A DNA stretch of 59,686 nt, the filler included, from Sphacelaria rigidula (Eukaryota), in the NCBI GenBank assembly GCA_964200075.2. It is 8 parts of 8 records of this genome, joined end to end, with 100 filler letters (N's around TTAATTAATTAA, not from the genome) between each part and the next. Parts side by side here need not be neighbours in the genome. Positions count along the whole stretch, not along the records: positions 1 to 7,374 come from CAXNAA020015199.1; positions 7,475 to 14,848 come from CAXNAA020015200.1; 6 more parts are not named here. One strand, 5' to 3'. The notes beneath the pieces were generated by a model. It worked only from the letters and a program-made list of their open reading frames with translations. It was not told the origin of the DNA and made no database searches. A program made the translations under genes and the position numbers. Positions 1-13,192 of this stretch are shown in pieces. Position 1 is the stretch's first letter. Each line of letters opens with the position of its first letter.

Positions 1-59
1 AAAGCGTGCGTACGCCACATGATGGCGAAAAAACGATCGCTTGCTCCCCAGAACCCCCC

Positions 60-172
60 CCCCCCCCCGAACCGGCCAGAAAAGTGCACGGAGGCGATGA
101 TCACATATGCCGTTAGAGCGGGTTTCGTGATGCACGGCGCGACTCATTTGGGCGTTATAGCTGACTTCAGAC
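60..172 (+). repeat. Unclassified interspersed repeat
   Basis: Aligns closely with 29684-29794 (ccgaaccggcc..aagtgcacggaggcgatgatca..cgcgactcatttgggcgtt). Confidence 0.85.
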
Positions 173-299
173 TGCTACACGCCTCTCATGTCGTCGAAAT
201 TGGTTCAAACGAGCCCAATAGTGGGACTGCAGCCGGTTTGTCGGACGGTCTCCGGTGCACTTTTTGTAGGGGGGCTATCTCGGCATTCGCTGTACAAGG

Positions 300-494
300 A
301 GAGGTCGTGGCCACAGACGACGAAATAGGAAAGGGATAAGATACGTGAAATATTGGTGTAATGAACGCAAAAGAGGTGATGAGCGTCGATATGTTGAGTT
401 GTCTCGATTTGAAAAAGGGACAGTGCTCCGTCTCGAAAGGGATGTGTGGTCAATGGTCAAACGACTAAGGCAAGCAACACATGAGAACCCCCCG
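300..494 (+). mobile_element. 5'-truncated copy of the LINE 3' end (tail type A), ending in a C-run
   Basis: Homologous to 51450-51650 (tggccacaga..ggataagata..gtgctccgtctcgaaagggat..acgactaaggcaagcaa..gaacccccc). Confidence 0.85.
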
Positions 495-2765
495 TTGGGC
501 GTCTGTGTACGTTTTTGTACAAGAAAAGGTTTTCAGAGGTGACCTTTCGTGGAGCGGCTCGCGGCGAAGATAATCTACACCTGCGTGTGTTTGGTTGTCA
601 AGCCAGCAGTCTCTGCAGCAGCGTTTCCTGAGTTTGTTAGCCCTACTCGCTTGTCACCCGTCAGTTTTGATATCCCCATCCAATTTCACGAGTGTTTGTT
701 GTCCGCTGAACGTTAGGCATTCCTTCCTTCGTCGCGTTGGTGGCAGCCGAGATTCGAACCTGGGAGCTTCAGTTCATGGAGCGTGCATAGCTGTCGTGAC
801 GATGTCGCCGATGGGAAAATATTGTTGTCCTCGAGAAAAATGAGACTTCCCCCCTTATTTGTGGTAGTATCCACACCTACAGTATCTCTCATTCAAATAG
901 GAGCATTGGAAATTCATATCGCAAAAACTGCTTTGATGAGGTTTTAAGAAATCATTCTATACTTTGCTCAAGTTTATTTTTGACAAAATGAATGCTCTAC
1001 GGTATGATATGATCGGTCCCGTAAACAAGTGCCCAACAGTGCATGAGAGTTTTCTCATCTTCATCCATCCATTTATTTTCAGTATATGGGCGGCATAGTA
1101 TACACTGTATGTGTATACTGGTGGAGTGAGTGCCACGGCACGAGGTGCTGTGAATTCCACACAGCTCTTCGATAGGGCATCTATCTTACTCTGTACGGCG
1201 GTATGAGATCACTCACTTGTTGGATGCAATACAGCTTTTGTAGCCCATCGTCGATCATAACACAACGGTGCGGTAGTTACTTTTTGTATTGCTTCCACGC
1301 GTCTTCTGCAGTACACCTGTTTTCCTTTGGCACGGGAGCACGAGGGGGTTCTTTGGGTAAGGGTCATGACTGATTTTGTTCTCTTGTAAACTTGGGGTTT
1401 GGGTTAAGATTTGGGTCTTAATGTCGGTTCTTTCGTCTTCTTTGCGCTACTGTCATTTCACTCCCCCTCAGTAGAATGGTGCGTGCAAGATCACACGCTG
1501 TACGAAGTTCGTTCGCGCTTTCCACACCTTGCAGCACATGATGAAGAAAAAAAGAGGGGACTGGATGTAATGTGTTGACGAAACTGGCTCTATGCCAACA
1601 TCAGCACTGTCCATCGAGATGCACTTTGGCTATCTTGTCTCTAGTCTCTTCGCGATTTTTTTGCATCTCCCTTTTCACTTCCTCTCGGCCGATTGCCAGC
1701 CAACCAGCGACCATCGTGGTTCATGGTTGCTTGTTGTTTGCTATGTTCCGTCGCACATATCAACCCCCGTCACGACGAGGAAGAGAGGAAAAGAAAGAGA
1801 GGGAGTGTGAGTGGTGTGTCAGCGGTGGTGGCTCTCCTATGGGCGACTCTCAAAAGCCACAACCCGTGGTTGTGGCAGATGCCCTTTTGACACTGTGTTC
1901 GCCACGACACACCTCCCTGGTGTCCCCCGCCGATCTCAACCCGTAGGTGCTATTTGCCCACGTTGTTTGCGGCAATGACCTTGTCTTTGTCAGTCTTTGG
2001 TCTCTATACCGTAGGCGAACCAATTCCTTCGTCCAACCATTCGTGAAACAGCCCCTAGGATACGCATTTTCTCCAGAAAGCGACCCTTTAAATGTCTGCT
2101 GCACAGGTGCATGACGCGACCCTAAAGGTGACGCACAGCTTACGGTCCTGCTCACTAACTTTATCGCACTCATCAATACATTGCTTCCACGGTTTCTGTC
2201 AGTCTGCGCACGGTGCTGTATTGTACTCTCTCCGGTTTGTGGGGCACGAGTGTTGGATTGCGACAAGCAATCCATCACCACACGGGGGTAGCACTGCGCA
2301 GAAGCGTCTTGCTATGTTCGTTCGTGTATTCACCGGTTGGTCACAAGATCGTCTGGGTTACCGGCTACGCGTCGACTGTTTTGACAGCATAAGGGCTTCA
2401 GATGGCGCCACGCATGGCGGGCGAGCCTGACTTCCAACACCTCTGACATCGTAAAATGAGGCGATTCAACAGATAGCTGGGGTAGTGAAATGATCTCAAA
2501 CCAGTGGTGAAATGATGGTAATTCAACGGTGAAATGACGCCGATTTAGCAGTGAAATGATGCTTGCTCAACAATGAAATTATGCCGAAGTAACTTGACAT
2601 ATATCGATGCCATCCCAACGCGCCACCCTGACCCGATATGAGCCTGATATCACTCCCGCTGCAGTTCTGATAGCACTTTATCCCTGTGACCGCCAGGGTG
2701 AGTCATCTGTGGAACCAGGGCCATGTCCTCTCAAAAAATGGTCGAAGGGTAGAAGACTCGGACAA

Positions 2766-4238
2766 CCGGAAAAATTGAGAGTGCACCCCAGTCCACCTCC
2801 CAAAATTATGTGCAACCTGGGATAATGGTGAAAACACGTACGGTTATTCAGTGCTGCATGACCACCCCGACCGTGGTCATCTGGATCACACTTTCAATCG
2901 GGATCAGCACAACCAACTCCAAGTACAGCACAGTGCCTTGCAATACGGTAGCATAAATTTGTTTTCTTTTCATTACTCGACGCGTGGGAGACTTCCCTTC
3001 GTGTGCGTGACTTCCCAATGCCAGCTCGAAAACGAGAAAACTGTGCTCTGTGTTGGCTAGTTCAAATATCTGAGCTCAAAACTCTATGCTCGCCTGCTTC
3101 TCATCAATGTTTTTTCCACTCCGACAAATTATGGAGAGGAAGAGCCTTGAATGTGAAGACAACAACAACAACAATAACAACAACAAGAGGTGCAGCCTGG
3201 TGTACCCGGCCGCCCAGAGGACCCAAGGTAGAGAGCGTGGCGTGTATCGCAGCAGAAAATATCATGGTGACTGTATCATGCTCTTCTGTTTGTTGGTAGT
3301 ATTGAGTCTATCGGTACCGCAATGTGCGCCGTGCCGCCTGTACAATATCCTTCTGCTGTTTCGTGAAACATGGAGAACGTGTCACCCCGAGGGTGGGTCA
3401 TGGGTCCCTTCGGATTCTAGGGTGGCGAAACCCAAGTAAAAAGCTGAGGACAGCACAATGCTGTACCGTACAGCACGGCACATACCGCGCCGTCTTATCT
3501 CCGCCGCCCCGCTGCATTTCTTCCCTTCGTCTATGGGGATCACCGAAGAATCCGATTCCACCAAATATCCGGAGAGGGTGACCTCTTTCTGCCGCCAGGC
3601 TGAAAATTTAACCCTTCGACCACCAGGGTGAGCCACGTGGGTCTCGTGTTCATTTCATGAGAAAATTGTGCCGAAGTGACAAATAAACCACCCTCAGGGT
3701 GACACGTTCTCCATGCTTTTCCAAACAGTGGACGGATATCATAGCGACGGTACGGCGCGCGTAAAGGTGCCGATAGACTCAGCACTATCAAACAGCACAA
3801 TACAGTCGCCATGACGTTGTCTGCCGCGGTACACGCCACGCTCTCTACCGTCGGTTCTCTGTGTGGCTGGATACACGAAACGGCAGCTCTTTCTCTTGGC
3901 AACTTTTCGGAGTGGAATATAGAGTTTTGAGCTCAGATATTTGAAATAGGCAACATAGAGCACAATTTTCATATTCGAGCTGACAGTAGAAAGTCAAGCA
4001 CACAAAAGGAAGTGGGCCACGCGACGGTAGTGAGAGAGAAGGCAAAAACATGTTACTGTACTGCACCGTACTGTACTATACTCGGCATTGGTTGTGCTGA
4101 CCCCGGTTGGAAGTGTGATCCAGGTGACCACGGTCGGGTTTGTCGTGCGGCACTGATCGGCCGCATGTTCTTTTGCCATTATCCCAGGGCGAACATGGGT
4201 TTCGAAGGTGCACCCGGGTGCACATTCATTTTTTGCCC
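2766..4238. mobile_element. Foldback-type non-autonomous element with ~550-630 bp inverted arms
   Basis: 2766-3396 is the diverged reverse complement of 3688-4238; shared blocks include ctgggataatgg, ccgaccgtggtca.ctggatcacactt, atctgagctcaaaactct and gagagcgtggcgtgta. Confidence 0.85.
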
Positions 4239-6183
4239 AGATAAGCTGCTCTTGCGAAGATAGGTTTCAGACGTGGATAGTCCGGCTTTTGCTTCGAGTT
4301 GTGTGCACATGAAAGCAGCATCTGCACTTCAGTTCCACTTTGTCCCTTTTTGTCGTAGTTTCACTAGGCCAATCAATAATACTAGTTTTTCATGTTTTGA
4401 ACTTACCCCGTTTGTTTTACCTCTTCAGTTTTACGATTCTCATTTTTTTAGGGACCGTTTCCGTTTCGTTTACAGTACGTCGGGTACGTGTATCTTTTGA
4501 CCGCGGCTGGGCCCCCTCGGGGATGAGTTGATGTGTGACAGTTAATCCATCCGTTGGTTTGAGATGCACGGTAGCTCGGTGGATGATGATCCATCAGCGA
4601 GGTTGTGCTCAGGGAGGGTAGGCAGGCCACTGTTTCGAGTATGTGTTTAGGCCCAACGCATGCATCCCAAAACTCATGAGTCCATCATTTGATTCAGGAC
4701 GTGAATATGGATGCAAAAAACAGTGTACTGCTCGAAATGTAGACGAGTTGCATGGTATGGTCGAAGATGGGGAAATAGCCGTCCTCGGGTGGTCGTATCT
4801 ACCGTATATTGGGGTGATGAATGCCGTGTTGTTCTGTGTTTGGAAGAGCTCATGACAGATCCACGATCACGTAGGGCAGGGCCGCCTACCTTTCCGGAAG
4901 TTTTCATCCGAGATGAAGAACAAAAATGTCTTTCGAGTTGATATTCGGGGAAACTCGGACCCGAGGGCAATGACAAACCCTTACCGTGGAAGACCTCGGG
5001 GATAAGATCGTCTCATCGCTTTTTCCAAGGGGCGTATGAAGGATAATTTTCCCGGGGACGGAGAGGTATTGCTGCAACCGCTATGTCCTACCCTGTTGAT
5101 TCGTCTATGGGCAAGTACCACATTCCCGAAGTTCAGTGGATGGATTTGGCCGGGGCGGTGCATGATTCGGCAGCGGAGCGAGAAAGAACTCCAACCATCT
5201 ACGACGGAGGATATATATCTTGTCGAGGGGACTGCCATCCAGCGTTATGCTCTAACGCCGATGACCTTGAATACAATAGAGATAGCTTTACGGTAGTGAA
5301 CTCGAACTGTTCCAACTACAGTACTGGGCGCCTGTACTATTGTTTGTTCAGAAGGTTTTTTTCTCGCGACTACACTTCGAGAGAACTCTGAAGTGCTAGC
5401 GTCGGTAAATTCAGGTGAAATAAACAGATCGCCTTCCCCCTCCAGTGCCCAAGTTAGTGTTCGTTGGTGTTGTCTGGCGATACGAGTAGATACCCTGTTT
5501 ATCAGGAGGGTGTTATTGACCGTAAAACACAGTTATTCGGCTCTAGTGCAATGAGTGAGTAAAAAAATCATGTACATTTCTTCACAAATACGATCGGGAC
5601 AGGCTCGATCGACCGAAAATACCGAAGAGTCCGAATCTGGGTTTAAACGTGACAAGACACCCTATGACCGATCAGCCCGCAAGTCACTCAATATTGAGTA
5701 CAGATGTTTTTTATTTCTTGGAATGTGAAACAGATACAAGTATCTTCAGACCCTCAATGTGATGAGCGGTGGCAACCGAAAAAATCTAGCAAAATCGCCA
5801 ATTACGAAGAAATCACCAATATCAGTTCAGGCGCCGGGTACTGTATTCTTCAGGGACAACTATTGAGAAACCCTATTTCGTCGAGGACAACATCAACGCA
5901 CCCTCTCCTGGCAATGCTCCTGCACGGGGTGATATCAGTCGCTTTGGCGCGTAACGTACGGAGGATAGTGCGGTAGGAGACGGGAGATATGTCACGAGAA
6001 CGTCTACATCCTACCCTGATGATCTACGAGCCTTCTGCTGTCACCCAAAGGATTTAATGTTTTTACCCCCGCGCCCAAGGTAGCCTGGTCCGATGAAAAC
6101 CCGACGCGCTCCCTCCGTCCCGGCTTTGTAGGGGCGGACCCCCTATGGGGTTGGCATCGGTCCGCAATGACGCTGTTGTACAT

Positions 6184-6663
6184 GCCACTCACAGCGTAAG
6201 CTAGGCAATCAGGTTACCGTTTTGTTGTGCGTGCTTGCGTTTTTTTTGCGGTAACCATGATGGTGGTCGAGTCAGATCATATTGTGCGGGGGGGGAGAAC
6301 TTGAACTCCGCGCAAAGAGATGTTCGTACTACGTAGTGTTGAATATGGTGAGACACACATGAGGCAGTGCGTACGCCATGGGTGTCTCTCGAGGTGGCGA
6401 TACCAGAGAATGAAGTAACTCATTGGGGGCTGTCACCCAAATGTAAGATAATCAGTAGGCTTTGGGCCCAACAATCTTCGCAGGATGCAGCTCACCCTCC
6501 ATGCGTCTCGCCGAAAACACCACGGCACTTTGCGCTCGTTGATTGATTGTGAGCCTGGCCCGGCGAAAACTCGGCGTGCTCCGTCCCGGCTTCGTAGGGA
6601 TGCGAAGTCAACAGTCAAATTACTACGGCATGCAAGATCATGAGTACACCCTCCTTCCCCCCC
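6184..6663 (+). mobile_element. Non-coding SINE-like element with LINE-related tail (type B), ending in a C-run; may extend 5' to ~6000
   Basis: Colinear with the reverse complement of 21742-22197; fragment at 14949-15035; tail homologous to the LINE tail. Confidence 0.85.
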
Positions 6664-7249
6664 AAGCGCGGTGAGAGGATATTGCCTGACGTTTTAGCCA
6701 GTATTGTACGAACAACGATGCTCCTGGAGATGAGGACGGTACCATTACAACCGCTGTTTCGTACCCTTTCGATTTATGACATGACCCTTTCTCTCCAATC
6801 CCGGGGATGAAAAGCATCTCGTCCCCTGCCCGAATATACTTGAGGGCGTGACCTGTTCATGTGACCCCAAAACGACCTTGCAGATAGTTTTTCATCCTCC
6901 GAACTAATGGGTTTCAAGCCATCATTTGATACAATTGACGTGAAGAACAAAAACGAAAAACATCCGTTTGGGATCAACGTGCACAAGCCGCCCCGATGTG
7001 CACCAACTCAAACACTATAGCACAGCGAACTTTACTTCAGCAGCGTTCTCAAACGAGTGAACCGCTTGTGTCATACTCCAACATTTCAATGCACCATGTT
7101 CCGGAAGAAAATTACGTCGATTTCCAAGCGCCCAAGTTGTGACGAAAAAGCGCAGGGCTGATACTGTGAGCTTTTGACCGTGGGCGGCGTGAGCAGTAAA
7201 TCACATATGGGGTTCAAATGATTGCAGCATGGCCAACGTAATATTTTGG

Positions 7250-7374
7250 GCAATATACAAAAATGGATACACCCTGGTGCTTTTGGAACAAAAACGGGGA
7301 GCGCTTTTTTCGTCCTGGGGCGCGGCGCTGCACGCTGGCTGAACACCTCGAAACACGTTCCAGTACCTCAGCCC
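7250..7374 (+). mobile_element. Terminal fragment of the MITE family seen at 8738-9410
   Basis: atatacaaaa..tacaccctggtgct..cggcgctg..gctgaaca.ctcgaaa matches 8740-8863. Confidence 0.8.
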
Positions 7375-7474
7375 NNNNNNNNNNNNNNNNNNNNNNNNNN
7401 NNNNNNNNNNNNNNNNNNTTAATTAATTAANNNNNNNNNNNNNNNNNNNNNNNNNNNNNNNNNNNNNNNNNNNN
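7375..7474. other. Artificial contig spacer (N44-TTAATTAATTAA-N44)
   Basis: Identical 100-nt linker with stop codons in all frames; separates contigs of near-identical length. Confidence 0.99.
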
Positions 7475-7477
7475 CCC

Positions 7478-7549
7478 ACCGTCTCGAAAGGGATGCGTGG
7501 TCAATGGTCAAATGACTAAGGCAAGCAACAAATGAGTACGCCCCCCCCC
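7478..7549 (+). mobile_element. LINE 3' tail (type A) ending in C9
   Basis: ccgtctcgaaagggatgcgtggtcaatggtcaaatgactaaggcaagcaacaaatgagtacg followed by C9. Confidence 0.9.
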
Positions 7550-8737
7550 TTTGTATATGAGAGTGTTTCCTGCGGCTTTTCTCAGGGTTGGACGATATTG
7601 TGTAACCCCTGCTTGTACGCGTGGCGAACCAGTTTATATGTGTCAATTCACCTGTCAGTCAAGCAACGGTGGTTACCCGAACCTGGATATCGCCGATGCT
7701 GTTTTTTATATACATGTATATATCGATGAAATTGTTTTGCGCATCGTATGTAAATACTGTTCGGAAGCGCTCGGCAGGTGAAAATCCATCTGTGAGCTCA
7801 TTTCCAGCATCCTACACGAACGAATACGTGGAGCAGGGTCAACTGTATGGTGGATGGTGTGCACCCAACAGCGATACTTACTGTATCTCGAAACGCAGGT
7901 GTGAATCTCTGGAGTAGTGCAGGGGGGAGTGAGTGCCACCTGACCGACGGGAACTCAATGAGGCAAACAAGCGGCGAAAAACGAGATGCCGGTTGCATCA
8001 GCACACCTCGTCGTCAAAAGTTTATATCGTTTCAGCGCGCTTTTCTCCCTCTCTGCAAGTATCGCGAGCGCACAAATCAAACGAATTTCCGCACAACTCG
8101 TCAAGGGCTGTCAAAAGTAATGCCATCGAAACAGCAGAATTTGAACCTTGAACGGATAGGCTTGCCAGAGGCTCGGGGCACCGTAGATCGCGCATGTGTC
8201 GTCGTGCCGGCTGTAGAAGATTTACTGCAGCAGCGTCTGCGCAAGCACTCGCGTTGTTTGTTTTTTTTGCTGCTGATGCGAACTCACGCGAACGAGCAAG
8301 CCGCGAGGCGAGAAGTGGACGTTGTGTCGATGACTCCACCAGTGTACACTGTACTGTATATATATACAGTGGAATAATGTATACAGTCAGCATACTGCAC
8401 TAGCTTCCCGTGTCTCGATCGACAGTCATGTGTTTCTTCCATCTCCGTGCTTCCTGTAGCGCTGTGCGCCCCTTGCTTTCCGTGTCCTGATACTTCTTTC
8501 ATGTGGCGCGGCGCTCTCATTGCGTCGGTCGCTCAAGGCCAAGACTGTCGAAGCGCGTAGGAGGCAGGGCTTACGAGAACCTATCGGCAATACCCCGACA
8601 CGTGCGTTCGCGTAAGGGGAATCATCAACGGGTATATATTTCCCCCCTCCAAAATCTCCATATTTCTCGGGGGGGAGGGAGTTCTCCTAGATATGAGACA
8701 GCAGATTTCCCAACCAGGTGAGGCGATAAATCAAGGG

Positions 8738-9410
8738 CAATATACAAAACAGGGTACACCCTGGTGCTCCTGGGACAAAAAAGGGTAAAGCATTTTTCGA
8801 TTTGGGGTGCGGCGCTGGACGCGGGCTGAACATCTCGAAAACACGTTCCAGCGCCTCAGCCCCACGCCCAAGGCGTCAGTCTGGGCACCATGTCCGACCA
8901 TGTTTGTTTTGTACACGTGGTGCTAGGCTTAACTACGGCGCGGAAAAGGGCAGCCTGTGAGAGTGCCCTTTTTTGTAAACAATTCAGGAGGGTACACTTT
9001 TGATGTCTGCTAAAAAATCATCTCTTACCCTTTCTTCTTAACGTGTGGACCCTTTCATGCTCAAGTGCATACCCTTCTTGATCCTTTCTTGTTTCAAGTG
9101 CATTTTTCTGTGATTCACACCCCACCAAAAAGGCCGAAACACAACGACCGAGAAGTTGTGGTCCCCAGCTGGTTGGCGCGCAGACCCGGAAGATACGACG
9201 ATGTATACAGAACGCAAACGCTTGTGTGCCAGAGCTCACAAAGATCCGACGATGATGCATGAAAAATCTTTTCGACACACACGCCCGAACGACAGTAAAC
9301 ATGTTTATTAAACCTTTGTGAGCCCCGGCAGCGCCGCACCCCAAACCGAAAACATGCGTCACGCTTTTTGTTCCAGGAGCACCAGGGTGTACCCTTTTTT
9401 GTATACATGT
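8738..9410. mobile_element. MITE-like element with ~80-bp terminal inverted repeats
   Basis: 8740-8818 (tatacaaaa.agggtacaccctggtgctcctgg..tttggggtgcggcgctg) recurs inverted at 9329-9408. Confidence 0.8.
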
Positions 9411-11368
9411 ACATGTATCATTTCACAATTTTCACCACTTTTGCCGAGTATTCTCCGGCGGCAAGGCATTTTATCCCGCGCTTTCTTTTGCAGTGCACGA
9501 AGAAGGCGCAGCGGTACATCACTGTTCAGGTTTGGGTGTCATCCAACACCTGTGGCGCTTGTTCTGGCCATCGAAAGTCGCCCACGCTGGCTCTTTTTCG
9601 CGGGGTGTCCATCCCGAACCACAAAAGCCTACCAAGATCGTGGAAAACTTCAAACAAGAACCACAAAAGCCTGTTTATGGCGGGGTATTCTTTCACCATG
9701 ATTTTCTTTGCGTTCTCGTTGATTAGGGAACACGAAGGCAGGGGGTTTGCAGCGAACGTCACGAGAACATGGAAGCAAAGCAATTGAAAACAGCTGGACA
9801 TTGCCTGTGACTTAGTCAGCAGCAAACACAAGTCGAATGATCTGAGATCCCTTATTATTTAGTACTGACGTAAAACCTCGAACGCGATCATATCTGCGCA
9901 ATGTGTGGCCCAATTATGCGAACATGACAATCCACAAAAGCATGGTGAAGAACACTCAAGAATGTGTAGATTGGTATTAGAGGAAGGGGTCACAGTCACA
10001 GCTGCAGCAGGGGAAGTCGCTGATGGCCCGGTGTACATTGATACAGTGGATACCCACGGTGCGTGGAGTTTCATTTCTTCAACACCCTGCTGTCTGATGA
10101 CGGCTAAATAGAGTGGGTATTATGACAGTTGAGCACACAGGCTGCGGCGGATCCTGCCAGCCTCATCATCAATCTTCGCCCAGTTTTGGACAAACGCTCG
10201 AAGAAACACAGCAAACAAGCATCGTTTATGGTCCGCTATATAATATGTGAGGGTTGGGAGCTGAACATCCCCTTAAAAAATCTCGACAGTCAAAGATTAA
10301 GCTCCTGTCGCGCGACCCGTGGGTAGTGCACGGGACCCTTGCCGGCGTACCTGGCACTGGGGGCGACATCCCGGTACAGACAGTCGCATCACGACCGGGA
10401 CGGCCATGCAAACAGGCCGGCAGCCGGAATGACCGTTGCACTGATGTTCTTCTAGCGTTATCAACTTAGAGTACGGCCGCCCAGGCTTTCCACGCGAATA
10501 TTTCGGTGATTACCTCACTTCCACTTTGGCCATGTGCTGTGGATTATTCCACGATCTCATCGCCTGATATGTATGGAAATGTATTACACTCTAGACAAGC
10601 GCTTTCTACATTCAGCAAACAATTTCAAAACATGACCTGTGCACAGTGTTGGAGCTATTGCCTTCTGCGACGTGCACAGTACTCGTACAAAAGTGGGAAC
10701 AGCGCGCAGGATGACTTCAGGGCAGTGTAGAAATCTCCACGCGGTATGAATTGCTACAGACGGCTTGTGCGCCATAGCGGCTGTGTTACCATCCGCTCAA
10801 GATACAGGCAGGAATTATAGCGGCAGAGGCGGCCTATTACTCTTGCATGCGCCACCTAGGGCAAATGCACGCTTAGCTGCAACACCGATCGCTGTGCTAG
10901 GTGTGGCAGAACGAGGGGTGGTACACCACGTACACACAGACAGCAAGTAGTACCATACAAGTGTGATTTGAAATCCGTGCGCACGGGGTCGGGCCGGCGT
11001 TCAGAGAACCCGGCACAAGTTCGCCGTGTACTACCGGAACGCGACCTTATTTCAGTAGCAATCCCTTGCGATGTGTGCTATGACGGGTCTCGTGTGTGAT
11101 GGTGTTTCTCTACCTCCGCACACCGCCCGTGGAGCGAGCTCTTCATGCTGGAAGTGTTCACCGCTCTCCCCGCCACTCTTAGTCTGAGACAGATGAAACT
11201 GGGGAGGGTGACAGTATCTACTTGAACGTACATATTCTTGCAGACAATTGCCTCCACAATATGAAAAAGGAATGACACTGGTATATTTTCGACTTGTGTC
11301 ACCCCCGGGAGGCCAGTACCAACCTCGCGAAGGGGAACCTTGTATATATGTATATATATATATATATA

Positions 11369-11992
11369 CTTCCTCTGTCACATAAGTTAGGACCGAATTT
11401 TTCACAGACGTCCTTCACGGTCTCCGATGCTGTTTTCGTTTCTTTTCTTGAATTCCCTGGCGTTTTTTTGGTGAAATACGATGTTTTTTTTTTTTCAATT
11501 CGCATCACTCCAGGTGGAGTAGCGGCTAGAAAAAAAAAGTCGGCTCGAAAAAGGCTGTTTTTTACCCCTTTTCCACGGAAAAAAAAGTGCCGAAAAAGGA
11601 AAAAAACATGAGGAAAAAAGGAATCGTTAATCATCCTCTCCATCACTCGTGCTTGATGCCAGATAGTCCCAAGCCTTTGTGAGGGCCTCCTTGTCGTACT
11701 TGACTGTCCTTTCCAACGTTCCCGCCCTCTGCCGCGCGGATACCCCGGTGTGCTCTACACTAAATTCTCGAAAACGTTCTCAGAAACATTCTCGAAATGT
11801 AGCAGAAATTAGCCAATTTTGAGGACTTTTTGACTCATACTTCGAGACGTAACAAAATCGTTTTTTTTTTCTTGCATCAGTTAGCTGTGAAAAATATATT
11901 TCCGATTAAACTAATTATAGCATCATAGGCGCCTCCGTTGAAAAGATACGATCTGCGCCGAAATTCGGTCCCAACTTATGTGACAGAGGAAG
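11369..11992 (-). mobile_element. Internally deleted Tc1/mariner (Stowaway-like TIR) element in a (TA)n tract
   Basis: 32-bp TIRs CTTCCTCTGTCACATAAGTTRGGACCGAATTT with one mismatch, TA on both sides; 11627-11758 (-) reads VEHTGVSARQRAGTLERTVKYDKEALTKAWDYL..., resembling a mariner transposase C-terminus. Confidence 0.88.
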
Positions 11993-12023
<31 letters not shown>

Positions 12024-13192
12024 ATTATCTCACATCAGCTGACTGCAACAGTCCAGCCCGTCATCAGGAGCAGAAAAAAAAAACAGAACAAGAAAGAAAG
12101 AAATATGAACCGAAAAAAATAGAAGCAACAGCCGCAGAGAAAAAGGAAGAAGGGAAGCAGCGACAACAACGCTATGTTGCCCATAAATCAATTCAAGACT
12201 GATCGCAAATCTTTCCGAAAACCTAGCGTCAGTATTTTCTTCTCAGAGATTCCAATTGGGGGGGGAGTCGGACAAAAAAACTGGAAAATAAATTATCGTC
12301 ATCAAGGTCCGGAGGCTACTGCGGCTGGTCATGTGTCGGTTTCGAGCTGCTTGCAGACACCAAGTTTCGCAGGTGTCATACAACAGCAGTTCGGTCTCAC
12401 ATCTGCGGACACATGCACGATCAGAGCGTTCCAGTACACACACGTCAGCCCGTGACTGTACTATGCGACCGGCATCTTACGGCACAGTGAAGAAATCGCT
12501 CGTGCTGCACGGTACGTGCTGCCTCAGGAAAATTGAGTGGTTTTTTGCATATCGCACCAGTTGCCTATGGGTTGGGCGTGACTGATCGATTGATTGCACT
12601 GTAGCTGATCCCCCAGGAGTCATGATCTAGCCGTGGTCATTGTCCACATGATGGACGTACGTACCTGAGACAAAACAAAACCGAAACACTCGCTGAAGAA
12701 AAGTGAAGAGTACCACAAAAAAAAGGGTAGGAACAGACGAGCAGAGGTGCTCGTCGTACACCAAGAAAGGAAAAGCGTTGCCGGGAAAAACAAGCGCCAA
12801 CCGACCTCGACCCCACGCTTGAAAAAAAGAAACATTATTCGTGTGTTGCACAGCAAAGCAGCCCTGGCCCCACAGCACACGCTCCTTGCAGCTGATGCGT
12901 GCTGCGCGAAATCCAGTGTGCGATGATGCCACTGTTGTATTTCGATCGGTGTAATCTCACGAAACTGGCTTCATGCCCGTTCGGCTACAATCCACCCGTG
13001 GTTCGACACATTTCATGGATAATGCGAATTCTAACCCTTACCCCAACGATAACCCCTACCTGGGGCATGCCGAGGAGGATCTTTTCGAAGGCAACGTGGG
13101 AGAACCTTTTGCTCTGATTTCTTACCGAAGTAGGACGGTGCATACCAGGCCCGTCTTTTCAAGCCTTCGGCGGCGACCTCGTTCACCACCTC

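Noticed and set aside
4643-5391. Protein-coding gene from overlapping short ORFs
   Set aside because: No recognisable motif or consistent splice pattern
7419-7430. TTAATTAATTAA as a biological motif
   Set aside because: It is part of the synthetic spacer
9859-10470. SWIM or Zn-finger transposase remnant (CCSCDC)
   Set aside because: A single weak motif surrounded by stops
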